Positions 12,101 through 24,433 of a stretch of DNA of 64,000 nt are shown here, piece by piece (the stretch's first letter is position 1; the number at the start of each line of letters is the position of its first letter). A model generated the notes under the pieces. It was not told the DNA's origin, made no database searches, and worked only from the letters and a program-made list of their open reading frames with translations. The position numbers were made by a program, and so were the translations under genes. This DNA is from Tubulanus polymorphus (Eukaryota; Animalia; Nemertea), in contig NC_134027.1 in the NCBI RefSeq assembly GCF_964204645.1, forward strand, positions 8,464,485-8,528,484, in the 5' to 3' direction.

Positions 12101-15100
12101 TGTAGACAATCATCACAGCTAATAGATAACTCTTGCCAGCACCAAATACTCCTGAATCAAATATTCAAATACAATTCAGGTATTTTCTAAATGTTTGCAG
12201 GCAACTTTGAATCTGTTATTTTCTCAAACTTACCATGAATATGTAGGATAGAATCGCATTTGTCCTGTTGGGTATTGAATAAATTTCCTGAGCGTCTCAA
12301 TGCCTCAGCCTGATCTTCATTCAAATGATATCTACTTATGAATAACTCTGTCTCTTCCTCCTAAAAAATGGCAAGATATCACATTCGAATTCAAGAAAAT
12401 CTAATTTAAATGGGGGAAAATACATGCTTGAGATCGTTGAATAGATGCTGACAGACGTACCAAAAGATGGGGCGGAATATAGACCTTCTGTTGCTGAATC
12501 GCATCTTCAATCGAAGGTGCTTTGAAAAGTGAATGTGTTGATGTTAATTCCACACTTTCATTTCTGAAATATGAAGAATACATATGTACGATTGTACATA
12601 CGGTACGATCTTTTCTTATAAAGAATTTGTATTACAAGCATAACTGCTACCATACTGTTTAACTTCACCTGTTGATCAAGTGACGAATGATTGGTGGTTT
12701 GTTTGTTTGGACATGATCTTCGATATTGGCAATGCACGTAAGCTCGGAAGTAGCATTGCGGGCTAAAATCGCGTGACAATCGGCTACAAGCACAATTTCA
12801 TTAAATTCAAAATCAAACCTCTCCAGAATACACATTTGTATGGAATATTTCACTTCAGCAGGAATCCTACACAAGCTCTGAAGCCATTTACAGATCCAAT
12901 TTTTGATTGTAGCTCTCATTTGACAATAGCGTTATCTATGAAAACCCTCTTCTCAGAGTAACTAGGGATCCAGGGACACCCTGCCCACTTGGGAAGTGGT
13001 TTCAAATGCTCAACAATCTAACAATTTCAATATTCAACGCCCTCTGGTGACCATATACAAAAACCAATGACCTTGAAACTCAATACAATCATAAAACATG
13101 TCAGCAGCTACGATTTTTTAATTGATTGTGATAACAAAAAATGCCTCGTTACTAATTTAATATGGAAATACTAAGTTAATCTACTATTCAACGCCCCCTG
13201 GTGACCATATTCAAAACCCAATAACCTTGTAACTCACCATATTCATAGAACATGTCATGAACTACAACTTTGCAATTGATCATGGTAACAAAATATGCCT
13301 AGGTACCAATATAATAAGGAAATACCAGGTTATTCTACTATTCAACGCCCCCTGGTGACCATATAGAATAACTAATTTCCTTAAAACTCACCACAATCAT
13401 AGATGATGTCATGAGCTACAACTTTGCAATTGATTGCGGTAACAAAATATGTATTGGTACAAATATAATATAGAAATACTAAGATATTGTATTATTCAAC
13501 GCCCCCTGGTGGCCATATACAAAAAACAATGAACTTGAAACTCACCCCAATCATAGAACACGTTATACGCTACAACTTTCTAATTCATTGTTGTAACAAA
13601 ATATGCTTAGGTAACAATATAATGTCGAAAAACTTTTTCCCACCTACGAATGAGTACTAATGACACCAAGATGGCCGCCAATTGCGTCATAATTGGCGGA
13701 TCAAAAATACCTATCTCAGGTATAAAACATCCCTTTACAAAGAATACCCATCACAAATTGCAATGAGAAATGGCAAACAAGTAGGAAGCTACAGGACCTA
13801 GAATTCTGGCCAAAATTGACATTTTTGGGCACTAAAAAGGTCATAGGACAGCCATCTTGAGTCAGATGGACCCAATTTTTCTTATGCTGATGGGCCCTTG
13901 GTAGATTCAAATATATTCGAAAGATCAAGGTAATTGATCATATCGTCTTCAAAATTTCCCTCGTAAACTTCGAAAATGTGTAAAAAGTGCTGATTTTGGC
14001 GAACAACAATGGCTGCCAGTCGGCCATCTTGATTCTGATAGGGCCAGTTTTTGGGCTGAAGATGTGTCTAGGGTAGATACATGTATAAACCAAATATCAA
14101 GACATTACCTTGAAGTGTCTTCAAAACTTCCCAAAATAACTGGATTCCGTCTACGGACGGACGAACGCTACGACGAACGGACGGACGGATGACAAGTGAA
14201 CGCAATAGCCCGCTGGGACTAAAGTCCCAAGTGGGCTTAAAATGTACTTACATTCGCCTGGCCAGTTTGATGGAGAAAACCCTGATATCGGTTCAATCTC
14301 TACTTCATTACTATTACTAGGACCATAAAAGACGCTCTTTGCCAGAAATGTAAGACCCATTTCGAAATTCAGATTCTGAGCCACGATCCACAAATCATCT
14401 GAAATACCGATCAAAATTAAAGAACTTGTGCTGCGATGTAGGATATGAAATATAACATGTACATGTATAACCTTTTGAATAGCATTTTGAAGAATCTTTC
14501 CTCGAGAGTTTGATGTAGAGTCTGTTCTTGCCACTCATTTGTTCCATATTCTGTGACTTCTTCGCCCAAGGCTAAAAGAGAAAAGAAAATTCAAAGTACG
14601 AGTTAGATGAGATGCGATCATTGATTCAAAAGAAATAATGCGAATAAAATTACCGGGCAATTTTTCTGTTTAAAGAAATTTGCAGCTTTTTTCAGGAACC
14701 GACATTCCGGATAGAATACGATGCCATGACCTCGCAGATATGTGGTTAAACTGTTTCCATCGGTTATCTCTAATCTAGACTGGTTCTTACCGCTAGTAGA
14801 GGATGACGATTTAATTGACACCTGATCCGTCCACTTGAAAAACTAATTGAAAATAAACAGAGTTGCTAATACACATGGCGGGGTATGATGGCTTGATGGA
14901 AATGTGACGGTATCAGTATTACCAAATAAATCTTTTTACAAAGTATCCAGTATTTAAATCAATAAAATCTACCTTACCTTGCATTGATCGTTTCTCTGTC
15001 CACTGCATGCATAAAAGAATCTGCCCTTGAAACAAAAAGAATTTACTTTTGGAAAAGTTGGCAAGAATTTAACGTGTGCAATTGAAATTTTACCTTATTT

Positions 15101-18100
15101 GACCCATCTTTCTTGACTTGAACGAGTTTTGACGGTAATTTGTGATCACACAATGGGTTTGAACTTTCATCACTACGCTGTCCCGGTCGTATAGTAGAAC
15201 TACCTAAAACAGACAGACTAGTTAAATTACCTCATAGTGAATACAGTCTAGCAACAAAGTGTAATTGATAATTCGTTTATGTACCTGAACAACCAATATA
15301 CTTTGTGACATCAACTTTCATTAAAGCAGAATGATAACTCTTTGCCAGGTCAAACAGTACGATGTTAAGATGTTCTATTCGAGACAAAAAAACAAAGGCG
15401 ATCAGAAATCAAACATCAAACACAAAACATTCCCCCGAACACTCTTCGAGCAAATACCGATACTTACCTTTGAGAGCAGCAATGAACACTTGTTTATATG
15501 CAGCTACAGATGTGTACGTTACTGGTATAGATATGCGACGTATCAGCGGTTCGATTTGAGCTTCAACTTCTGTTCTGGACGGAAATACTAAATCGTTACA
15601 CGAATTCCTCTGAAATCAATACGTCAAATCAAATGTCAGCTAGTCCAGGAACAATTTTTAATGTTGAGCCATGATAAAAATTAAATCTCAAACTGACCTT
15701 CGATTCATTGAGATATGACATATTAGTAGCCTGATGGAATGGTACTTTGAAACTTTGTTTTAATTTAGCCTGTGCCGGGTTACATTCACGTTCACACTTA
15801 TCATATTTTCTCCATTTCGATAAATCTCTATCTGAATTACCATCGTCATCGAAATCGAGCCCACTTGATAAAGACCATTGACTGCTCGTAGACCTAGCAC
15901 CTAAGTTCTCTTTATCAACGTAGTTTGTTGATCCACAAGGGTATTGATTGTTAGCAAACACTGACTGATTAGCATCAATGCAAGTTGAAACTTGATCATA
16001 ACGATTAGGACTGGATGATGATGACGATGCATATACACTTGTTTTGTGATCGCTGGAGCAATAGCTTTGTAATTGGTCATCATCTTGTTTAGCAGTCATC
16101 TGGGAAGGCTTAAAATCTGGAAAAGAGCAAACTTGACCGGTTTGAAACAAGCTTGTTTATACAATGATAATTAATTGTAAGATGCAAAACGAATGGAGAG
16201 AACTGATTTTTTTCAAATGGACAAAACTTACCTCTCATTTTTACATCGCATGAATACAATTCAGGTACACGATGAACTGAATCGATAACATCACCGACAA
16301 AATCAGGAGATCCAACTTTATTCGGTACTTGCTGTAAGGGCGAAAGCTGGAAAAAGAACACTTCAATTAGTCAGTTAAAATTGAGTAGTCGTTAAAGAAC
16401 CACTTATCCAAGAGAATTGATACCTCCTCTGAATCATCATGAAGAAATGAAGGCTTGAAACGAAATTCATTGCTATTCACTTGTGTTGATTGAATCTGAC
16501 TGAAACCGCTCGTATTCGACAAATCGTCCATAGAGATAATTTTTCCATCAGATTCATTCACCCAGTATATACTATCTGAAACAAATGGGCATCAGATATT
16601 GAGAGCAACTCCGCTTGATCCTGATCTGTCAGTTTGGATCAGTGGCATTCATCCATCTTCACACGTATCACAGTAAAAGCAGGATATTTGAATAATTTTG
16701 GTAAACTTTGATCCAGATTAAATGCATTTGCCTGTACATGTTCAAGTATCCTTACTTTCTTCATTGCGAAATCTTTTAGCTGGCTTCTTTACAACGTCAC
16801 TCGATACAGAACCTTTGAATTTGTAATCATCCAATGACTCAACTGCCTGTAACATAGCATCGACACTGATTAATTTTCATTCAAACCGTGATCCAAGTTC
16901 AGACAGGAAAATTTGATCATCTGAGAGATGGATCTAACGTTTACATAACTTACCATTTGAATGGGATCCTTGTTAAGGTCTTGCTGCCATGGTTTGCATT
17001 CTTCATCATAAACAACATTATTTGATTGCCCTGTGGGTTCTTGAAATGTCAGAGAGTCAACAGACATTTCAGGGTAGAGAATATCAGGGCTGGGTTCTTG
17101 AGAATCAATGAATTTTGGGCCTGGATGGTCGATCATGTGTTTGAAATCTTGTCTTTGCATAGAAACATCGAGGAATGAAAGGACCGATGTGTCCTCGACC
17201 TTCTTCCTTGTCACAGTTCTCAGGGGCACGTCGCGTGCCTCAGCACATGGAAGTGGATGGTCATGACAAATTCTCACGGCGCTGCTTTGAGACGATAAGG
17301 GGTTTTCAGAATCTAGCAGAGTGTCAATAGATGCCATCGTATCTTGAGTACATATTTCCGATGATGAAGCATTTGAATTTGGCAGCGAATTGGTCCGCTC
17401 CATTGTATCAACAGAATCAGCGGAGCCATAGACAGTCCTGCCTGGCGAATTCAGTGTTTTGTCATCAGAAATAGCGGTCCCTGCAGATGTTTCTGTAATT
17501 GTTTCTGTAATTTCGTCCTTAACACTTATTTCACAACCAACATCCTTATCATCAGACGTCTTTACCAATGACTCCAATGCTTCACTCCCACTGTCGCTAT
17601 CACTAAAAAAATCGATGTCAAAACACGGTTCTGTATCCATCTTTCCAACAGAATTTAGTTTTGGTGGTGCTTGTGTAATCGACACTGGGGTATCCGTATG
17701 CTTCTGATAAACAGGCTCTTCAGTCTTCGCATCATTTATAACAAGATTTTCAGTACTATTCAAGACTAAAGGGGCTTCAATACTTGCCTCCTTTTTACTT
17801 TTGATGATTAATGCCAGAATATCTTCAGTATTGCGTTTAGAAGATATTGTTTTTTCATTCGAATCGAAGCTTTTTCTAACAACAACGGAAACTTGATCGA
17901 CTGATTTACTGACTCCAGCCCATAACGATGAAGTCTCTACACTTATATCATTGCGTAAAGCCGATTCGCTTACTTCATTCAACTTGCTGTTGATAGGCGG
18001 TTCAATTGCCGGTTTCTGAGGAGCTTTTTTCGAGTACGATGAGAATAGATTGCTCGAGAAAAGCGATGTCGTCGCAACTGATGAAGGTAAATTTTCGTCT

Positions 18101-19265
18101 GCTGTTTCTTGTGTTTCCTCTGTTATACATTTCTTGACGATTCTAGGAGCTATGAAACCCTGTAAATGTTAATGATACATCAAATCCTATACAGTTATAC
18201 TCAATCCAAACCTAAAGTAGCATATGCTATTCGCAAATGATTTTGTATAATACAGTTGAACCTGGCTAATACGATTCTATTTAAGACAAAAGCTGCCTAT
18301 TACGATGATTTCCAGCATGTCCCAGCTAAAATATCTATATCGAACAAGAATTGGGTAATACAAAACCTGTTAAATACAACAGTTTCACTTTTCCCACAAG
18401 ATTTGTATTGATGTTCCACTGTGGTATATGAAAAAACTGAATAGAGCCTATAGTTGTTTTACATAGAGGGTACTTGCCTTTCGTTTTCTAGACAGGCCTG
18501 GTTTAGGAGCGCTAGTAGGGCAAAATGTTGAGTTTTTGGGAATTGCTGGTTCTGGTTTTGAAACAACCCTTAGTGTTGGTTCTACTGTTGGTGTTTTCAA
18601 GGATTTTACGGCAACTTCCTTTCTCAATTCTTCAACTTGAATCAAATATTTGTCAGTCTCTAAGTCACTTCCAACCTGTACCTACAGTGAAAACATTTCT
18701 AGATAAGGCTATATTGATACGTTAAACTGATTATTTTCACTTTATTTGTGATCTCCATTTGATCAGATAAAAGGGTGACAAGCCCACAAGACATAGGCCT
18801 AACCTTGAAGTAAACAGACTGATTACTCCAAGACATAGGCTAACTGACACCAAATAAAGACACACAATCATTTAAATTCTTACCTTTTGTGATAGTTTGA
18901 GATGTACAGAATCCAATTTTGTCCCATTAATTTCATAAAGCACAACCTATGTTAAACATATATTCAAAAGACAATAAAATTCTGTATTATCTATCGTCAG
19001 GGCAAATCGATTTTCGGTAAATAAACAATAACCAGACCTTCGTTCCTGAAGAATCGACTTTCACAATTCCATCTTGCCAAACTTTAGATTTTTTCAGCTT
19101 CTGATGGGTGTACAAAACCTGCAATTCGTGAAATAAAAATCGAACTTGTTTCTGTACATAATAGAAATCTAATTGAATGCTCTACCTCTGACGACAAGGA
19201 GAGGTTCCCCTATTCTAGAAATAATGACATATTTCTTGCTAAGATCTTACATTATACTCATTCAT
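9177..19265 (-). CDS. ZGRF1: ZGRF1 5'-3' DNA helicase (DUF2439, GRF zinc finger and UPF1-like SF1 helicase), multi-exon
   Basis: The spliced N-terminus reads MNEYN|VLYTHQKLKKSKVWQDGIVKV (exons 19265-19251 and 19118-19038). A long disordered exon lies at ~18159-16953. The GRF zinc finger is PLCDHKLPSKLVQVKKDGSNK|GRFFYAC..CK|FFKWTD (~15160-14830). Helicase motifs are GVFGAGKS, LLDECSQ, QYRCHP, TVDAFQGGERDIIILSCVR and NVALTRAK. The stop is at 9177. Confidence 0.93.
12959..14240 (+). mobile_element. Helentron-associated (HINE/DINE, pearl-like) non-autonomous element in a ZGRF1 intron
   Basis: It starts AACTAG. A 12-bp subterminal inverted repeat pairs gcccacttggga (12983-12994) with tcccaagtgggc (14225-14236). 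Inside are four ~154-bp core repeats, an (ACGG)n-like microsatellite at ~14153-14190 and a 3' hairpin gcccgctgggac-taaa-gtcccaagtgggc. Confidence 0.8.
13031..13630 (+). repeat. Tandem array of four ~154-bp units (core repeats of the element above)
   Basis: The unit marker tattcaacgccc(c/t)ctggtg(a/g)ccatat occurs at ~13031, 13185, 13339 and 13493. Confidence 0.92.
18251..18423. mobile_element. Degenerate Tc1/mariner-type MITE in a ZGRF1 intron
   Basis: Ends read ta-cagttgaac ... gttccactg-tg. Confidence 0.45.
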
Positions 19266-19746
19266 TTCCAATCGGTGTACTAGTATATGGAGAAATCAGT
19301 AGGAGTGTCATGTAATCTGAAAAGACAATGTCACATGTAGCTGTGTCACTAATCCTGATGAATTCTTTCTACCAAATTATCTAAATTACTTAGAGGTCAA
19401 GATCTATAGCCTAATAGGCCTAGATTAGTAACCCAGTGATGTTGTCATGTGGATGCATCTGATATTTCAAAATTCTATGGGGGAGGGCCATATTCTATGG
19501 GGGAAGGTTCGCACAAACAGTGTTTAAACAACTTTGTGGAAATCAGTGGCATTGCCGTTGGAACTGTAGCGACTGCAGCAGCAAATTTACTGAATGACAA
19601 TGTTTTTTTTTCTATAGGCCCTAGGCCTACTTACTATGTTTTTGACGAAATTGAAGTAAATTCGCTGCGGCAATATTAGAACCTGGCAAAAATCGGCATT
19701 CATAAATTGCTTCCAATAATACGCCTGGATGGAAATCCTACGTTTT

Positions 19747-20298
19747 CTAATGTCTATTTATTAATTGATGAGACCTGTTTTTCTTGGATATTTTGCTTAC
19801 TTTTTGGGGTACATACCTCATTTATGTCTTAACAGAATGCCAAAAATCGCGGACAACAACTGAATATCCGATATATTTCCAGTTCTGTACCAATTAGATG
19901 GATTGGCAAAAAGACTCCTTAAGTCCAATTGAATGAGAGAGAAAATCCTCCATTTTGTCAAATTTCTTGAATTTTTACATTGTCACCATGCCTACGAAAT
20001 GAAGTTATTTTTCTTGTGGGGTCTCAACAACTAAATCAGGGTGGCGTAGGCATGGTAACAATGTTCAAATCCAAGAAATTTCACAAAATGGAGGATTTTC
20101 TCTCTCATTCAACTGGACTTAAGGAGTCTTTTTGCAATCCATCTAATTGGTACAGAACTGGAAATATATCGGATATTCAGTTGTTGTCCGCGACTTTTGG
20201 CATTCTGTTAAGACATAAATGAGGTATGTACCCCAAAAAGTAAGCAAAATATCCCAGAAAAACAGGTCTCATCAATTAATAAATAGGCTAGACATTAG
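19747..20298. repeat. Long inverted repeat (foldback/MITE): ~250-bp arms with a 48-bp spacer
   Basis: 19747-19996 is the reverse complement of 20045-20298, with about nine differences and one 5-bp insertion counted by eye. Confidence 0.95.
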
Positions 20299-21262
20299 TC
20301 TTTTTTTAGTACCTTTGCTTTTTGGAACCGGAAACAACGACTGGTATTCAGACTATTTAGGTAATTTAGTAACAGTAGCGCATTAATAAATGGAAAGTTG
20401 TTGCCAACTCAATCAGAGAAGAGTCAGTACAATGGCTGGTCACGGTTGAAAACACGAAAACACTCTTTTCAGCAGCAGATCAAGACTGGTCTGGACAACC
20501 ATTCAAACAACGCGCTGTCAGTAGATAGTAGATTGATAGAGGATAGGATAGTTTGTAATAAAATGGGTTCGAATCCCGAATAACTTCAAAACCAGTGAAG
20601 CGTGCCTGGTACTCACTTCGAAAAGATTATATTTCATCATTATTGCAACCGTATTTCTATCTTACTTTCGGCTACTCGTTTTGAAACTCTTGAGACCTCA
20701 TGTGATGTTCTTAAATTTTGAAATCTTTTTTGAATCATCGTTGTTGGTGCGATAATCATTACACCTACAGCAAAACGTATTTGTCAAATTGATTTGACAG
20801 TTCTCTTTTGCTTCTGATGACAGTACACCCGGTACCTCGGTGATGGACGAAATGGGGTAGGCCTAAACTATTTATTCTAATTGAATCATTTCGTGTCGTA
20901 TCTTCTTCACAACCAGCAGGAGGCATATTTTATGCCTACTTCCAGGTTGTCTCGGTATCACTTGATTGCTGTTGTTCAGTGTCAGTGACAGTGGTACCAA
21001 CCCACTGCCTGCATGATGCACAGGGGCAGGGGCGGAGTGCAGTTTCCAGAGCATCATTGTGGTCAGTAGGAATGTGTAATGCTGTAAGGATACTTACTTA
21101 AGTAGTATGTAGCCTTTTTAAATTGTTAGGTTGCTTTGATTGAAGGCAGTAACCTACACTGGTATAATATAGGCCTACCACTCTTACCACTTTTTGACCT
21201 TTGAAACTTGGCTGTAAGATGTAGCCTAAACCTATTTAACTGAAATTATATTTTTAGATGAT

Positions 21263-22754
21263 ATGGGACAAGATAGCTTAGCTTTCCACTGGGTTCCACG
21301 AGCTGCTTCTGGATGCGGTAACACTAGGCTCACAATGAATGACAAGGCGCTGGAAAAACCTATTAAAGATGACCGAAATGGAAAGCCATATTACAAATCT
21401 TCTACTTCTGCCTACAAGATACTTGATATTGAAATAGAGAATGGCTACAGTCCATATCAGGTTCCGTGGAAACAAGAGGGTGACATACAGTTATATCATT
21501 TTCGAGATTTGCCCCAATTTCTGCGTAACAATCCTCACATTTTCTATGGCTACAGAGCCTTCTTGCCTTTTGGGCTATGTTTAAAAAGGTATGTTTACTT
21601 TTGAAAATCAACAAGGATATTTCCAGAGTTTGTTAGATATTATCTGAAATTTTGTATTTTATCTCTATATTTTCAGCATGTTTATGTGGAGCAATGAAAC
21701 AATCAATATATGGTCTCATTTTCTCGGGTGTATCCTGTTTTTTCTGCTGATGTTCTACGACAATTTTGTGTTCATTCCGAGTCTGAAAGGGTCTTACATC
21801 GATCATTTCATGATCACTGTTAGCCTTCTTTGTTTCCAGGTAATTAATTCCCTGCACCCTGGAAAATAGATAGTGAAATTGTTTCTACTTTATCTACATT
21901 GTTTGCTTTTCAGTTTTGTTTGCTATCATCGGCTGGATTTCACTTGTTTATGTGCCATTCTGAAAAAGCAAATAGCCGATGGTTACAGATTGATCTTGCT
22001 GGTATAATTTTTGGCATGATTGGATGTTATGTACCTGGTGTTCATTATGCCTTCTACTGTTTCTCAGTGAGTTGACAAGCAATTTCTAACAACATGCAGA
22101 ATACCCATAGATACAGCCACAAGAAAAAAGTTTTGCTATTTTTTTCAGATTTGGAGAGATATCTATTTTTTGACAGTGTTAATACTCAGTATCGGGGTAT
22201 TATGTATGCAGCTTAATCCTAGGTTTGCCGCAACAGAATGGTGGAATTTGAGATTATTATTGTACTGCAGTCTAGTTGCCTATGGTCTTATACCAACCAC
22301 TCACTGGATATATCTTAATGGAGGCTGGTCTCACACTATTGTTAAGGTTCGACTGTCTTTTAAATTGTGAAACTATCAAGTGGTAGGCTGAATCCTAATT
22401 ACCTAAAAAATATATTAAATGTACTACATGTATTGCACATTTCACATTTTCAGATGTTCCTTCCGAAGGTAGTCTTAATGTATCTATTGGAATTATTTGC
22501 ATTTTTCTTCTACATTTCGAAGTGTCCTGAAAGGTGTTTACCAGGTTTGTGTGTATATCAAATCAATTTTGTAAAAGATAGGACATTTTGAGATTGAATT
22601 TTATACAAAATATTGTCAATTTGTTTCAGGCAAAGTGGATTTCCTAGGTTCTAGTCATCAGATTTGGCATGTAATTTTAGTGGCAGGATTCTTTTATTGG
22701 CATCAGGCAGGCAAAGAAATACTGCAGTATCGCATTAATAATCAATGTGTGTAG
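21263..22754 (+). CDS. PAQR3: Progestin and adipoQ receptor family member 3, six coding exons
   Basis: Exons are ~21263-21588, 21677-21839, 21914-22066, 22149-22346, 22454-22544 and 22630-22754. Motifs include NPHIFYGYRA, SNETINIWSH, SAGFHLFMCHSE, IDLAGI and PERCLPG.VDFLGSSHQIWH. The exact start codon is less certain. Confidence 0.92.
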
Positions 22755-24433
22755 TCATGGTGAAACCAGTCATTGCAAAAGACTCTTCAGGGAGCTGGAA
22801 AGTTGAAACTATTATAACGGTAGTTTGTTTTATATAGAATCTTTGTCTCATTATACCCAGGTTTCATTGTACTCTTCAATATCATTCCCAGAATTGCTCT
22901 AAGTTTCGCTATGAATCTATTCTCAAGCGTCATATCTGTTGGGATTGTTTTTATTGTAGTTCTTTAAATAATAAATTAATAATGCTCATTTAACAAGGAC
23001 ATGCGTTTATCGATTATATTTGAGGTCTTTTTAATTGTATACAACAGAGATGTCTTGCAATATATCGGAAGGAATCATCAAAATTGTGCTGGACTCTCTA
23101 GTAGAGGGTTGATGTGCGAGGTAGCACACCGCAAACTATTATTTTGGTAAAAATCATCTGTTCCAAAAGGATTTGATATCCTCGAACACTTGCTTGCTGG
23201 AACTTGTCTGGTCTGAAAGATTTTTCTGTAAATTGAAGATAGATGCCAACAGGCTGGCCATTGACCTGGAGAATTCGGAGAACCAGCAAAATCTAGAAAA
23301 ATTAGGGAATTTGACAAATTTTGCAAAAAACCTGGACAACTCAGGAAAGTTGGATATTTTGGTGACTACGCACTTCTTTATCAATACACGATTCATAAAA
23401 AATTAATAATTTGTAACATTAAAAACCAAGAAATTCCTTAGGGAAATTCCTTTGTTTTAACGTGGAAAAGTAAAACTCCAATTTAAGAACATATTCCAAG
23501 ATTAATATGACCAAAATAAAATTCAACATATAGTTTGGGTTCACCTCTTTATTGATACATTGAGATTCAGTGAAAATAACAGTAGATAATTGTAATTATT
23601 GTATCAAATATGCAGGTTGACTGGCACACACATTAAGTTTTATGTTTAAAATACTGTACTGTAGTTATCTAACAATGTACATAAGCCATGTAACTTATTT
23701 AAGAATAAGTTGCGAGATCAAAACATAAATTTGCAAGAAATCTATGAAATAGTGATACATGCATATTATTTAGGATGTCTGTCTCCTGTCATGTACATCA
23801 CTGCTGCCCTCATAAACTGAAAAACATATATTTCATATTATGTCATGAATAAAAGGAACACCTAGGCCTATAATGTAGACGAAAACCAATTCTGGATGAA
23901 CACATAATAATTCAATATAAATGAAAAAGACAAAAAGACTGGACTCTCAAAATAGAGTATACATCATAAGAAGATTACATAAATGTCAGAGATAAACGTA
24001 CAGAATTTTAAGTTCATGATTACAGAATATCATATTACCTGGACCAATAACAAGTACATATTGTACATGAACAACGAAATAACTTTAAAAAATATTTCTT
24101 GAGAATCTATGTGAAAATGGCACAGTATATCAAAAAAGAGCAAGTATCACCATAAATATATGTAGATATGCATAGCACAGGACGAGTACATAACCTTACC
24201 CTAAGAATAAGCCCCCATTTTCCGAGATTTCGAATTATTTTTATTAATTTCATTATTCATTAAGTTTTATAAATTTCTCTCAAATCAGTTTAGTTTTTGG
24301 TGGAGAAAATTCAGGAAAAAAGGGGCTATTAGTACCTTTTGAGAATGATCGCAAAAATCTCATTGGATTGGAAAAAGCGATGAGTGATAATACAATTAAC
24401 TGAATGGTTGACTATATCAAAACCGAATTCAAC

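Noticed and set aside
13031-13630. Regularly spaced repeats resembling a CRISPR array
   Set aside because: The whole ~154-bp unit repeats with no unique spacers, there are no cas genes, and it lies inside a transposon-like element in a eukaryotic intron.
16747-16756. U12-type donor-like GTATCCTT
   Set aside because: It is on the non-coding strand. Its reverse complement (GTAAGGATAC) is an ordinary U2 donor of ZGRF1.
23078-23406. Cluster of four short ORFs between PAQR3 and the LeuDH-like gene
   Set aside because: No motifs or consistent splice signals. This is probably a degraded repeat or UTR sequence.
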